Assembly: GCA_041742535.1 (NCBI GenBank) | Contig: JBGSIM010000022.1 | Coordinates: forward strand, 464 to 64,463 | DNA: 64,000 nt | Origin: Cyclobacteriaceae bacterium | GTDB lineage: Bacteria; Bacteroidota; Bacteroidia; Cytophagales; Cyclobacteriaceae | Reading direction: 5' to 3' | Shown: one piece after another, positions 17,688-26,985 of the stretch | Position numbering within the stretch: position 1 is the stretch's first letter | Layout of the letters: every line of letters begins with the position of its first letter | Made by a program: the position numbers and the translations under genes | The notes under the pieces: generated by a model | What the model was told of the DNA's origin: nothing | What the model saw: only the letters and a program-made list of their open reading frames with translations | The model's database searches: none

Positions 17688-18812
17688 TTATTTCAAATCT
17701 GCCAGATTAATTTCCGAAGCGCGTTTAGATAGCAATGCAGATGCATTTCTTATTGCTTCTTCGATTGAAGTCTGATTGTTAATGAGGGTGATAACTTTGT
17801 TTAATCCAATAGAAGTTACCTCCTCATTAGACAACTCATTTTTTCCCACCAAGGCGATGGTCGGCTTTTGATATCGAGTGGCTAACTGAGTTACACCCAT
17901 CACTACTTTACCGGAAAGAGTTTGCTGATCCATCTTGCCCTCACCTGTAATAATTAGGTCAGCATTTTTGACTTCGGTTTCAATATCAAGCTCTTTCAAT
18001 AAATACTCAACACCGGATGAAAATGATGCGTTAAGAAAAATTTTCGCCCCTGCGCCCAATCCCCCGGCCGCTCCGGCTCCAGAGAAATTAATTTCTTTAG
18101 TTATTGTCTGTTCGACAACTGAAGCAAAATTTCTCAAGCCATTGTCTAGAAGTTGAACATCTTTTTCACTAGCACCTTTTTGAGGCGCATACACATAGGC
18201 CGCTCCATTTGAACCGTGTAATTCATTAGTAACGTCACAGAGGACAATTACTTCTATATTATGTTTTTTAAGTATGGATTGTTCGGAGTCAATTGCATGG
18301 ATATGAACTAGATTCTCACCTATTGTTTCAAGAGTTTCTCCTTTTTTGTTGGTAAACTTTACTCCGAGTGCAGCGGCCATTCCAATTCCTGCATCATTCG
18401 TGGCGCTTCCGCCAATGGCAAGAATGATTTTTTTTACACCGCGACTAATAGCATCCATAATTAATTCACCGGTGCCATAGGTTGAAGTCTTTAAAGGATT
18501 TTGTTCTTCTTTTTTAAGAAGTTGTAAACCGGACGCACTTGCCATTTCAATAAAGGAAGTTGCCCCATCACCAGAAATTCCATATGAAGCTTTTATTTTT
18601 CGAAACAGGGGATCGAAAACTTCTGAAGAAATGATTGATCCTTTTGTGTTTTCGGTGAGTATTTCGCAAGTGCCTTCGCCACCATCTGCCAGCGGAATTG
18701 ATTTTATAGAGAGTGATGGATCAATTTTCAGTAATCCCTGTTCAATAGCCACGCATACTTCTTTAGCCGTCAATGATCCTTTAAACTTATCGGGGGCAAT
18801 TAGAATTTTCAC
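17688..18812 (-). CDS. Glycerate kinase
   Basis: KILIAPDKFKGSLTA.., PLADGGEGT, GGSATNDAG. Start moved to the GTG at 18812. The track start at 18911 would overlap moeA by 80 nt. Confidence 0.85.
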   Translation of the reverse strand: MKILIAPDKFKGSLTAKEVCVAIEQGLLKIDPSLSIKSIPLADGGEGTCEILTENTKGSIISSEVFDPLFRKIKASYGISGDGATSFIEMASASGLQLLKKEEQNPLKTSTYGTGELIMDAISRGVKKIILAIGGSATNDAGIGMAAALGVKFTNKKGETLETIGENLVHIHAIDSEQSILKKHNIEVIVLCDVTNELHGSNGAAYVYAPQKGASEKDVQLLDNGLRNFASVVEQTITKEINFSGAGAAGGLGAGAKIFLNASFSSGVEYLLKELDIETEVKNADLIITGEGKMDQQTLSGKVVMGVTQLATRYQKPTIALVGKNELSNEEVTSIGLNKVITLINNQTSIEEAIRNASALLSKRASEINLADLK

Positions 18813-18831
18813 AGTATGGATACAGCCTTTA

Positions 18832-20022
18832 TTACTTACGAAAGGGATAATAGTTGAAAGATTGGCCTGCTTTAAAGTCAGAAGTATCAGCGGGCAACTC
18901 AATAAATCCATCTACCTCTTTCAAATTGGCAAAGTCACCCGAACCGCCACCAGCGGATGGATATGCTTTTAATTGCCCGTGTTCGTGCTTGACACTCACT
19001 TGCAAAAAATAAGTAAGCTGTGGCTTGAAAGAAAAATCCTTTGCAAGCGTAACAGTCTTTACATTTTCAGTTCCTGTTAAACTTTTTATTAGCCATGGTT
19101 TTATGTAACGATAAAAACACATGTACGTAGAAACCGGATTCCCCGGAAGGGCAAACACAACATGCTTGGACGATGTGCCAAACCAAAGTGGCTTGCCAGG
19201 CTTTTGACTCACCTGATGAAATCGTTTTTGAATTCCGTTGCGTTCTAGTGTTTGAGGAACGAAATCAAATTTTCCTTTTGACACACCACCTGAGAAAATA
19301 ATAAGTTGATAGTGCGCTAGAATTTTTTTTACCTCAGTATCTAAAATTTCGGGTTGATCAGGAATGTGGTATTGATCGGCTTGACAGCCCAACTCAAGTA
19401 AGGCGGCTTGCAATGCATAACTATTTGATCTGCGGATTTGATAAGGAAGCGGAATAAGATCGACAGGAACGAGCTCATCACCTGTTGAAATGATAGCAGT
19501 TTTTGGAAATGAAGAAACCATTACGGCCTTTTTTCCAACCGAAGCAAGAAGCGCAATTTCTGCTGGTGAAAGAGTACTACCAGGAGCAATCAGTATTTCA
19601 TTGCGCTTTGCATCTTGGCCTTGGGTATGAATGTTTTGATTCTTCTGGACGTCCTGAACTTTAAGTGTTGCAACCTGATCTTTTAATTCAATGTCTTCGT
19701 ACCGAATAATTGTATCGGTACCCGCTGGAAGCATAGCACCTGTCATTACTTCTATGCAAGAATCAGAATTGTTTAATTGCTTCATTTGTTCTCCAGCAGC
19801 CTGAATTCCTTCAACTGAAAATTTACGGATTCCTTTTTTGAAGGCTTGAAAACTTATTGCAATGCCATCCATCGTTACACGATCAAAGGGTGGAAAGTCG
19901 CGATCGGCTCTTACCTCTTCACGCAAAATTCTCCCACACGCATGCTGAATCGCTATTTCCTCATTCGAAGTTTCAATAGAGTGCGATTGAATTATTGAGG
20001 CTGCCTCTGAAACCGGTATCAT
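18832..20022 (-). CDS. moeA: Molybdopterin molybdotransferase MoeA
   Basis: 396 aa. FDRVTMDGIAI, ISTGDEL, IIFSGGVSKGKFD, LPGNPVS. Confidence 0.9.
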   Translation of the reverse strand: MIPVSEAASIIQSHSIETSNEEIAIQHACGRILREEVRADRDFPPFDRVTMDGIAISFQAFKKGIRKFSVEGIQAAGEQMKQLNNSDSCIEVMTGAMLPAGTDTIIRYEDIELKDQVATLKVQDVQKNQNIHTQGQDAKRNEILIAPGSTLSPAEIALLASVGKKAVMVSSFPKTAIISTGDELVPVDLIPLPYQIRRSNSYALQAALLELGCQADQYHIPDQPEILDTEVKKILAHYQLIIFSGGVSKGKFDFVPQTLERNGIQKRFHQVSQKPGKPLWFGTSSKHVVFALPGNPVSTYMCFYRYIKPWLIKSLTGTENVKTVTLAKDFSFKPQLTYFLQVSVKHEHGQLKAYPSAGGGSGDFANLKEVDGFIELPADTSDFKAGQSFNYYPFRK

Positions 20023-20066
20023 GTTTTAACTAACTTTGACTTAGCAGAATTCATTCAATTCAAATT

Positions 20067-20540
20067 ATGAAGAAACAATTTACACATATTGACGCTACAG
20101 GCAACCCACAAATGGTTGATGTTTCTGATAAAAAGGTTACAAAGCGAGTAGCACGGGCTCAGGCTACTATTTTTTTAGGAAAAGAGATTATCAGTCGAAT
20201 GCAAGGAAATGAGTTGATTACCAAGAAAGGTCCAGTGTTTCAAACAGCTATTATTGCCGGAGTGATGGCCGCCAAGAAAACTCATGAGTTGATTCCATTT
20301 TGCCATGCGTTAAATCTGGAGGATTGCAAAATTAAAATTGAGGTGAAGAAGGAGCGCGCAATTATTCAAACAGAATCTGTAATCACAGCTAAAACAGGTG
20401 TTGAAATGGAAGCGTTGACAGCAGCCTCAGTTGCGGCCTTAACAATTTACGACATGTGCAAAGCCTTGTCGCACGATATGGTAATTGAGGAAATTAAACT
20501 GATGGAGAAGAGTGGGGGAAAGAAGAATTTTAAACGTTAA
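20067..20540 (+). CDS. moaC: Cyclic pyranopterin monophosphate synthase MoaC
   Basis: 157 aa. FTHIDATGNPQMVDVSDK, IPFCHAL, TGVEMEALTA. Confidence 0.9.
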   Translation: MKKQFTHIDATGNPQMVDVSDKKVTKRVARAQATIFLGKEIISRMQGNELITKKGPVFQTAIIAGVMAAKKTHELIPFCHALNLEDCKIKIEVKKERAIIQTESVITAKTGVEMEALTAASVAALTIYDMCKALSHDMVIEEIKLMEKSGGKKNFKR

Positions 20541-22069
20541 TCGTTTTGTTGATAAATCTTTAATTCAACCCGTCTGTTTTTTGCCCTACCCGTATCACTT
20601 TCATTATCAGCAATAGGTTCCTCCAATCCTTTTCCGTCTGTTGTTAGCCTTGCGGGATCAATGTTTCTTTTCATTAGGAAATGCTTGATAGCATTTGCTC
20701 GTTTTAGAGAAAGGTGTTGATTGAATTTTGCAGATCCAAGATTATCTGTATGACCTATTATTGAAAGGTTGAGATTTTCATTTGCTTCTAAGGTTGCCGC
20801 CAAATCATTTAGAAAGGATTTTGTTTCATCATCAAGCTCAACGGAATTGTATTCAAAATGAAAGTTGAGAATGATCTTTTCGATGAGCAAAGGTTCATGC
20901 TTTATTAAACCACTACTTGCATCAGTTTTTAATGAATCAATTGCATTCGTTGAAATAGGAAGTTCTGTGGAGTCATTTGCATTAGTGCTTGTCAGTGAAT
21001 CTTTAATAAGCGCCCTGGTGTTAGATTTAAATGTTGGTTTGGGTTTAGCAGGAGGTTGTTTCTTTTGATTTGAGTTTCTGTTTTTAATTCTCTTTTTTGG
21101 ATCAACGAGTTTTCGCAACTCTAAGGCAATCTCTAATGCACCTAGATTCCCAACATTCTTTTTGAAAATTGGAAAGTCATAACTCACTCCTAACGAAACT
21201 TTATCTGTATGAAATTGAAGACCTAAAATACCCGATCGACCAGGAACATACTTTGCCAGGATATCAACCTGAGCCGCAATTTGATTTGGTATTTGCCTTA
21301 CATCATATTGAAATCGGAAACCTGCATTCACCAAATTATCTGCTGAGGAATGCGTATAAAGAATTTCAGGAAAAACAGAAATGTTTCCTTCCTGATAAAT
21401 TTTAAATCCTCCATTCAACACCAAGGTGGTGGATAGTTTGTTTGGAGAATCCAGAAATGATTCGTTGGGTTTGTTAATATCAAAAAAGGAGAGTCCTAAA
21501 TAATTTATTGGTCTATTGTGTCGATCCATTTCTTGCCAATAAAGTCCACTGCTGATCGTAAAGAAATTATTGGTTAACTGCGAAAAGCTTTCTCCATTAA
21601 AAATACCCTGATCAAACCCACGATCAGGAATGTACTGCGCGCCTGTATAAAATCCATTTAGATTTATCCTTCTTGCCTGGTACAATCCTTTAAACCCAAT
21701 GGAAAGAAGTTGACGCTTGCTGATTTGGACGTTTGCTGCATAGCTAAATGTTGCTTCTTGTGTTGTAAAAACACCTGACGTTCGATCACTCATCAATGAA
21801 ATTCCAACACCTGACCAGGCGCGACCAGTGCTTGGGTTAACAAACGGCATGGATAGAGCCAGAAAGTTACTCGAAATGGCAAAGTCACTTCCTGTCTTTT
21901 GATTCCTATAATTAATTGAAGCTGAGGCATAGTTATTCAAACCAATCATGGCTGGGTTTACCCGTGGTTTTGTAAAATTGTATTGAGAGTATTGGAAATA
22001 TTGGGCAGTCGATTTTCCAGCATAGAGTATGATTAGTAATAAAATTCCAATTCGTAACCAAGACTTCAT
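20537..22069 (-). CDS. PorP/SprF-family T9SS membrane protein fused to a C-terminal OmpA peptidoglycan-binding domain
   Basis: N-terminus AQYFQYSQYNFTKPRVNPAMIG, NYRNQ. Lys/Pro-rich linker. C-terminus GHTDNLGSAKFNQHLSLKRANAI..NRRVELKI. Confidence 0.85.
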   Translation of the reverse strand: MKSWLRIGILLLIILYAGKSTAQYFQYSQYNFTKPRVNPAMIGLNNYASASINYRNQKTGSDFAISSNFLALSMPFVNPSTGRAWSGVGISLMSDRTSGVFTTQEATFSYAANVQISKRQLLSIGFKGLYQARRINLNGFYTGAQYIPDRGFDQGIFNGESFSQLTNNFFTISSGLYWQEMDRHNRPINYLGLSFFDINKPNESFLDSPNKLSTTLVLNGGFKIYQEGNISVFPEILYTHSSADNLVNAGFRFQYDVRQIPNQIAAQVDILAKYVPGRSGILGLQFHTDKVSLGVSYDFPIFKKNVGNLGALEIALELRKLVDPKKRIKNRNSNQKKQPPAKPKPTFKSNTRALIKDSLTSTNANDSTELPISTNAIDSLKTDASSGLIKHEPLLIEKIILNFHFEYNSVELDDETKSFLNDLAATLEANENLNLSIIGHTDNLGSAKFNQHLSLKRANAIKHFLMKRNIDPARLTTDGKGLEEPIADNESDTGRAKNRRVELKIYQQND

Positions 22070-22070
22070 T

Positions 22071-24467
22071 TTAACGGATTAGCAAAATGGATCCGGATTT
22101 TTTCCCGTTTAAAAGTATTTTCTCACCCTGAGTTGTTTCTCCTTCCACTTTCCAATAGTACAACCCAGGCGGCTGCGCTACTCCGTTTGACATACCATTC
22201 CAACCTGTTGAAGTCACCATCAATTCATCATTCGCTTCATAAACTAGGCTGCCTTCCCTATTAAAAATTTGAAATTTTAATCCATTCGAAAAGGAGAGTC
22301 CATAGACTTTCAGAACATCATTTTTTCCATCTTGATTAGGAGTAAATAAATTAGGAACAAAAGCTGTTTCGGTAACCTCAACTGTAATTTGGTCAGTGGC
22401 TTCGCAACCAATCGAATCTTTAATAAAGACGGTGTACGTGGTTGTAACAATTGGACTAGCCGTAGGATTTGCAATTTTAGAATTATCAAGACTTGCGGCT
22501 GGCGACCATTTATATTCACCTTCACCCTTAGCGAAAAGCATAACCGATTGACCTTTCATGATTTTGAACAGATCGTTTTCAATTGTTAAAACGGGTTCAC
22601 TGATTTTGATAATAAAATCTTTTGAATAGGTACAGTCTCCAGAATTGCTCGCTAAAACATGGATGGTATCCTCCTTTGTGATCGAGTAAGTAAGAGTATC
22701 CTGTGTGCCAATGACTTTATTTCCAATTTTCCATTGAACGGAAGACCAACCCGGAGCAATACCAAGTTTTACTTCTTCGTTGGAACAAACGGTTAGAGTC
22801 TCTTTCTCAAATACAACAGAGTCATTGACCGAAATTGCCCACGCATTATTTTTTGCACAGTCAGTGGCTTGCGGCACAAAAGAGAAAATGGTATCGGAAG
22901 CAATAGCATCGAAACTAAGTGATGTAGATTTTCCTAAAAACCCCTTTGCTGTTGAAAACCAGAATGCAACATCATCGCTTGTTAATATGATGTGCTCATT
23001 TTTACAAGCCTGTAGATCAGTCCGTTTTAAATCAAAGCATGGAATTACATTGCCTTTGCATGTGCCTCCCCCATATAATGAGTTGTCTATCGCTTGAATA
23101 GAATAATTGTACCTGTCATCGTCTAAGGTTTGAATGACTGCGGTTGGAGTCGTTCCATTAATTCCATAGGCTGTTATCATTCTGGTTTCGTCTTCCAGAC
23201 TAAAGTTTGGTTGTACTGTTGAATTGGTATTTTCTTTCGAAAGAAATAAATCATACGTAAGAACGGAGTCTGGAGTATGATCATCTTTGGGCGGCACCCA
23301 GAAAATAAAAGTCTTGTTATACGTTGAAAAGGCACCTGAAATGGATGGAGAATCGGGGTACTTATTTTCCGCGAGCGTAACATTTTCGAACATCGAAATT
23401 TTTACAATGCCTGACGAGTCTCGTAGTTGGTAAACATCTAAGTCACCGTCACGATCAAAGTCTCCAAATTGTTGATGAATTAGGCCTAATGTATCAAGCG
23501 TAGTCGATGCGGTCTCTGTTAAAATAATGTTTGACTTTTTATTGTTACTGTCAATTCCATTAAAATTTAAATCAGTCAGTCCATCTGAAGTAAGATCCGC
23601 AGCAAAAATCTGGCTTGCTTTTATGGATTGAGTCAGAAGTGAATCTGCAAAAGAACCGTCTTGATTTAAGTATAGAATATTTTTTGTTGTTTGGGTAGAG
23701 TCAATTCCTGAAACAGCTACATCAAACCAACCGTCTTGATTGAAATCTCCTTTGTTTGAAATTCCAGCAATCGGATTTATTACATCTTTAAAACCGAATG
23801 TAAAATTCTTTTTGTGATATAGGATTACACAGAAAGGCTTAGTATGTGTGCCGCTTAACCATAAGTCTGTTTGTCCATCGCGATCAAAATCTTCGGGTAT
23901 AATAGAGTTTATCTCTAACCCAGTGGTGTCCCAGACAAGTTCGTAAACTGAGTTTTTATAGGACCAGATTTCAAGGAAGTGAGTATTGCCTTTGTTGCCG
24001 GCTTGGATAATTTCTTTTTTACCATCTTGATTTAAGTCGGCTATGCTAAGAATGTTTCCATATGAACTCGTTAGCTTATTCTTTTTTAAAAACTGAAAAT
24101 TTCCTTGATTAATAAATTCAAACGTGGCGTCCGTGTCGATCAATGTCTTGCCAGAAATAATCAGGTCAATAAAGTTATCGCCATCTAAATCAGTCAGTTC
24201 AAAAACCCCTTGCTTGAATCCTGTAATTCCCAAATCCGTAAATTCAAAGTTTGAAGAGTGATCTTTAATCATCACAATCCGCAAGTTGTCCAATGAGTCT
24301 ATTCCTGTTATTAAAATATCTAATAGTCCATTGCGATCTAAATCCACCCATGCGGATTGCATCTCAGTTAATTGAATGGGGAGATCAATTGACGATCTCT
24401 TTTCAAACAATTGAGCTTGAGCTGTTAGTCCTGTGAAGAGTAACGTGACTAGAGCAAACGCTTTCAT
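22071..24467 (-). CDS. FG-GAP/VCBS-repeat surface protein with a type-B T9SS C-terminal sorting domain
   Basis: 798 aa. Repeated DxDxDGxxD motifs (DLDRNGLLD, DLDGDNFID, DFDRDGQTD, DFDRDGDLD). C-terminus VPNLFTPNQDGKNDVLKVYG..FQIFNREGSLVY..GLYYW. Confidence 0.85.
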   Translation of the reverse strand: MKAFALVTLLFTGLTAQAQLFEKRSSIDLPIQLTEMQSAWVDLDRNGLLDILITGIDSLDNLRIVMIKDHSSNFEFTDLGITGFKQGVFELTDLDGDNFIDLIISGKTLIDTDATFEFINQGNFQFLKKNKLTSSYGNILSIADLNQDGKKEIIQAGNKGNTHFLEIWSYKNSVYELVWDTTGLEINSIIPEDFDRDGQTDLWLSGTHTKPFCVILYHKKNFTFGFKDVINPIAGISNKGDFNQDGWFDVAVSGIDSTQTTKNILYLNQDGSFADSLLTQSIKASQIFAADLTSDGLTDLNFNGIDSNNKKSNIILTETASTTLDTLGLIHQQFGDFDRDGDLDVYQLRDSSGIVKISMFENVTLAENKYPDSPSISGAFSTYNKTFIFWVPPKDDHTPDSVLTYDLFLSKENTNSTVQPNFSLEDETRMITAYGINGTTPTAVIQTLDDDRYNYSIQAIDNSLYGGGTCKGNVIPCFDLKRTDLQACKNEHIILTSDDVAFWFSTAKGFLGKSTSLSFDAIASDTIFSFVPQATDCAKNNAWAISVNDSVVFEKETLTVCSNEEVKLGIAPGWSSVQWKIGNKVIGTQDTLTYSITKEDTIHVLASNSGDCTYSKDFIIKISEPVLTIENDLFKIMKGQSVMLFAKGEGEYKWSPAASLDNSKIANPTASPIVTTTYTVFIKDSIGCEATDQITVEVTETAFVPNLFTPNQDGKNDVLKVYGLSFSNGLKFQIFNREGSLVYEANDELMVTSTGWNGMSNGVAQPPGLYYWKVEGETTQGEKILLNGKKSGSILLIR

Positions 24468-25195
24468 GGCTTCTTAATTTTAACTTTCTTTATTTGGAAA
24501 GTAAGCGGCACGGAGATTTTGCTTGGCGTTGGAATGTTATTTCTGGTGGCAGGTTTCCATGCGGGCATGTTATTAATGAGAAGTAAGGCCTCTCTTTCAA
24601 ATGCTTCCCCCAAACTATTTTGAATAGAAATATTTTCAGGCTTGCCCTCTTTATTGATAATAAAACTTACGGTTAGTATACCTTGAATGGAATCAGCAAG
24701 TGCTTCTTCTGGATATTTTAGTTCCTGGTTCAGATATTCATATAAATGAGCATAGCCCAAAATGGGTTCGGCCTCCTGATATTCTATAACGGGGGTTTCC
24801 TCCGTTGCCTGGACTTGAGTTTTCTCTTCTTTCTTTTTTTCTTTCTCATTTAAAACCGTTGAAACTGGCTGTGGTTTTTCTTGAACAATGCTTTTATCTT
24901 TTTCGTCACCACCAGGAGGTGCTATTGAAGGAGTGTTCTGATTATCTGGTTTTACTACTTCCACTTCATTTGCCTGTTTAACAAACTCAATGCTCTCAAC
25001 TTTTTGATCAGTTATGAGATACAATGACATTAGTATAACTCCTGTTACTGCGATCGTTCCTGAGATAATTTTTACCTGCCATTGTCTCCTTACATCGGCA
25101 GCTTTTTTTAGTGCCAATAGGCTATCAAATTTCATGTAGCGTGCGATTTCTTCATCGGCTACTTCGGGTGCCTGATTCATGATTTTTACTTTCAT
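24464..25195 (-). CDS. Single-pass membrane protein with a TonB C-terminal domain, in anti-sigma position
   Basis: 243 aa. Short cytoplasmic N-terminus, TM (IISGTIAVTGVILMSLYLI), Lys/Glu/Pro linker, TonB_C-like YPEEALADSIQGILTVSFIINKEG. 4-nt overlaps on both sides. Confidence 0.7.
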   Translation of the reverse strand: MKVKIMNQAPEVADEEIARYMKFDSLLALKKAADVRRQWQVKIISGTIAVTGVILMSLYLITDQKVESIEFVKQANEVEVVKPDNQNTPSIAPPGGDEKDKSIVQEKPQPVSTVLNEKEKKKEEKTQVQATEETPVIEYQEAEPILGYAHLYEYLNQELKYPEEALADSIQGILTVSFIINKEGKPENISIQNSLGEAFEREALLLINNMPAWKPATRNNIPTPSKISVPLTFQIKKVKIKKP

Positions 25196-25803
25196 TTGGC
25201 TAAGAATAATTTTTTCATCTTTTCAAGAATTCGATAAGTTTTCACTTTTGAATTATTTTCAGTACTACCTATAATGTTACCAATCTCTTTGAAGGGCCGT
25301 TCTTCAAAGAATCTGAGTTGTATTAATTGTAATTCGTGTGCACTTAGTTTTGATAGAATTGAGGGTAACCTCTTTTTCAATTCATCCACAGTATTCTCTG
25401 TGGTAAGTTCTTCGAAGAGCAAGTCAAGATGATGATCCTGCAGCACCACCAATCGGGTATGTTTACTCTTTCTGAAATAATCATTGCATTCGTTAATGGC
25501 AATGCGATATAACCAAGCCGAAAAAGGAGCCCCTTGAATTTTAAACTTTGTAAGGCCTCCTAAAGCCTTTAGGAAAACTTGCTGAGTTAGGTCTGCTGAT
25601 AGCTCCTTTTCACCGATTCGATGAAGAACAAAAAGAAACAGCCTTTTAAAATACTTTTCATAAATCGGCTTAAAAGCTTCTGGATCACGTTGGGCTTCCC
25701 TGATAAGCTCATCTTCGTTTTGTTGGGCTGTTAAAACTGAGTCCTGAATCAAAGTTCTTTTTGTTGTTCGAGTATAAAATGCAGCATCTTTTAAAAGATA
25801 CAA
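25192..25803 (-). CDS. ECF-type sigma-70 family RNA polymerase sigma factor
   Basis: Region 2 (EAFKPIYEKYFKRLFLFV, LTQQVFLKAL) and region 4 (LSAHELQLIQLRFFEERPFKEIG). No ATG precedes region 2, so the TTG start is uncertain. Confidence 0.8.
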   Translation of the reverse strand: MYLLKDAAFYTRTTKRTLIQDSVLTAQQNEDELIREAQRDPEAFKPIYEKYFKRLFLFVLHRIGEKELSADLTQQVFLKALGGLTKFKIQGAPFSAWLYRIAINECNDYFRKSKHTRLVVLQDHHLDLLFEELTTENTVDELKKRLPSILSKLSAHELQLIQLRFFEERPFKEIGNIIGSTENNSKVKTYRILEKMKKLFLAK

Positions 25804-25891
25804 GTAAAAAGATAATTCGAGTAAATATTTTAATCATTTTGTAGTCGAATTTTGCATGAATTTGAAATTGCCACCCTAAATCGTTGTGAAT

Positions 25892-26041
25892 TTTGAAGAA
25901 ACCTTAAAGATTTTATGATTTTGGGATAACTACCCGTTTACTAATGCATTACCATTAGGTTGGTTAACCTTTTCTCTAATTATTTTAGGATTATCAATCG
26001 TGTGAATTGTTACTTTTCTTCATGCAGTTTGTTTCTTCAAA
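25892..26041. repeat. 11-bp inverted repeat TTTGAAGAAAC / GTTTCTTCAAA bracketing 128 bp
   Basis: Arms at 25892-25902 and 26031-26041. Each is preceded by a direct repeat AATCGT(T)GTGAATT (about 25879 and about 25996). Confidence 0.5.
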
Positions 26042-26093
26042 CTTTTTATGATGGCCTTTTGTTAAATTTGTGTGTCTATAAACAAGTTGGCAA

Positions 26094-26234
26094 ATGAAAA
26101 CAATTGGAAGAAGCCTGTTCTCAGGTTTTCAAGTAAATCCGATTAATCGCGATTTACTTATCGTAATCTCCTCAGGGTTGCTGATCGCTATTGCGATCAT
26201 AACGCTAACGGTGATGATCATCAGTCAGATTTAA
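26094..26234 (+). CDS. Possible 46-aa small membrane protein (not in ORF track)
   Basis: ATG..TAA read by hand: MKTIGRSLFSGFQVNPINRDLLIVISSGLLIAIAIITLTVMIISQI. One TM helix. No other support. Confidence 0.25.
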   Translation: MKTIGRSLFSGFQVNPINRDLLIVISSGLLIAIAIITLTVMIISQI

Positions 26235-26242
26235 TAAATGAG

Positions 26243-26653
26243 TTACGGGTGGGCAGAGACCCACTCGTCTCCATTTTCAAAAAACTCTCGCTTCCAAATC
26301 GGTACTGTTTGTTTAAGCGTGTCGATAATAAATTGACAGGCTGCGAAAGAATCTTTTCTATGGGGTGTAGAAACAGCAACCACTACAGCTATCTCACCTG
26401 GTTGCAAAACCCCAACGCGATGACTTACGGCAAAGCCTGTAAGTTTCCATTGTTCCGAAGTTTGGTCAATTATTTTCTGTATTTCAGAAATAGCCATCGG
26501 CTCATAGGCTTCATACTCCAACCGAATCACTTTATTGCCCGAAGTGTTATTTCTAACCGTTCCGATAAAGGTGTTAATCGCACCGGCTTCTTTTCGTGAA
26601 GCAGCAGAAATTATTTTTTGAACATCTATTGGCTGATCTGTAATCTCAATCAT
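26243..26653 (-). CDS. moaE: Molybdopterin synthase catalytic subunit MoaE
   Basis: 136 aa. GAINTFIGTVRN, AVSHRVG, PIWKREFF. Confidence 0.9.
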   Translation of the reverse strand: MIEITDQPIDVQKIISAASRKEAGAINTFIGTVRNNTSGNKVIRLEYEAYEPMAISEIQKIIDQTSEQWKLTGFAVSHRVGVLQPGEIAVVVAVSTPHRKDSFAACQFIIDTLKQTVPIWKREFFENGDEWVSAHP

Positions 26654-26663
26654 GCGTTATGAA

Positions 26664-26903
26664 TTAACCTCCACTCACGGGCGGAATTAAAGCGATTTCA
26701 TCCGACACCAAAATTGCTTTATCGTCAGCTGCATATTCCTGATTAACAGCAATAAAGAGAGAGTTTAGTTTATCCAGTTTTGGAAATCGCGATGACAAAG
26801 TCTTTCGTAAATCACCCACTGAATTACCGCTTATCTCCAATTCCACCTCACGACCGCCTAAAATATCGCGCGAGATGCCAAATGTTTTCACTTTTACGAT
26901 CAT
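26664..26903 (-). CDS. moaD: Molybdopterin synthase sulfur carrier MoaD
   Basis: 79 aa, ubiquitin-like, ends in ..PPVSGG. Confidence 0.85.
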   Translation of the reverse strand: MIVKVKTFGISRDILGGREVELEISGNSVGDLRKTLSSRFPKLDKLNSLFIAVNQEYAADDKAILVSDEIALIPPVSGG

Positions 26904-26985
26904 TTAACAAATATACGTACACAATTCATTCGCATTATTCCGTTGATCATATCTATCTTTCGTGTTGATTATGGCAATTTAAAGA

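Noticed and set aside
25892-26041. Reading the inverted repeats here (and at 29813-29940) as Bacteroides-style invertible promoters
   Set aside because: The arms are short (10-11 bp). I found no TAnnTTTG box inside either segment in either orientation, and no site-specific recombinase gene is in the window. They are reported only as unexplained repeats.
26904-26985. Possible Moco riboswitch between moaD and moaA
   Set aside because: The divergent spacer is only 82 nt, too short for the Moco RNA motif as I remember it (well over 100 nt). I saw no matching conserved stems.
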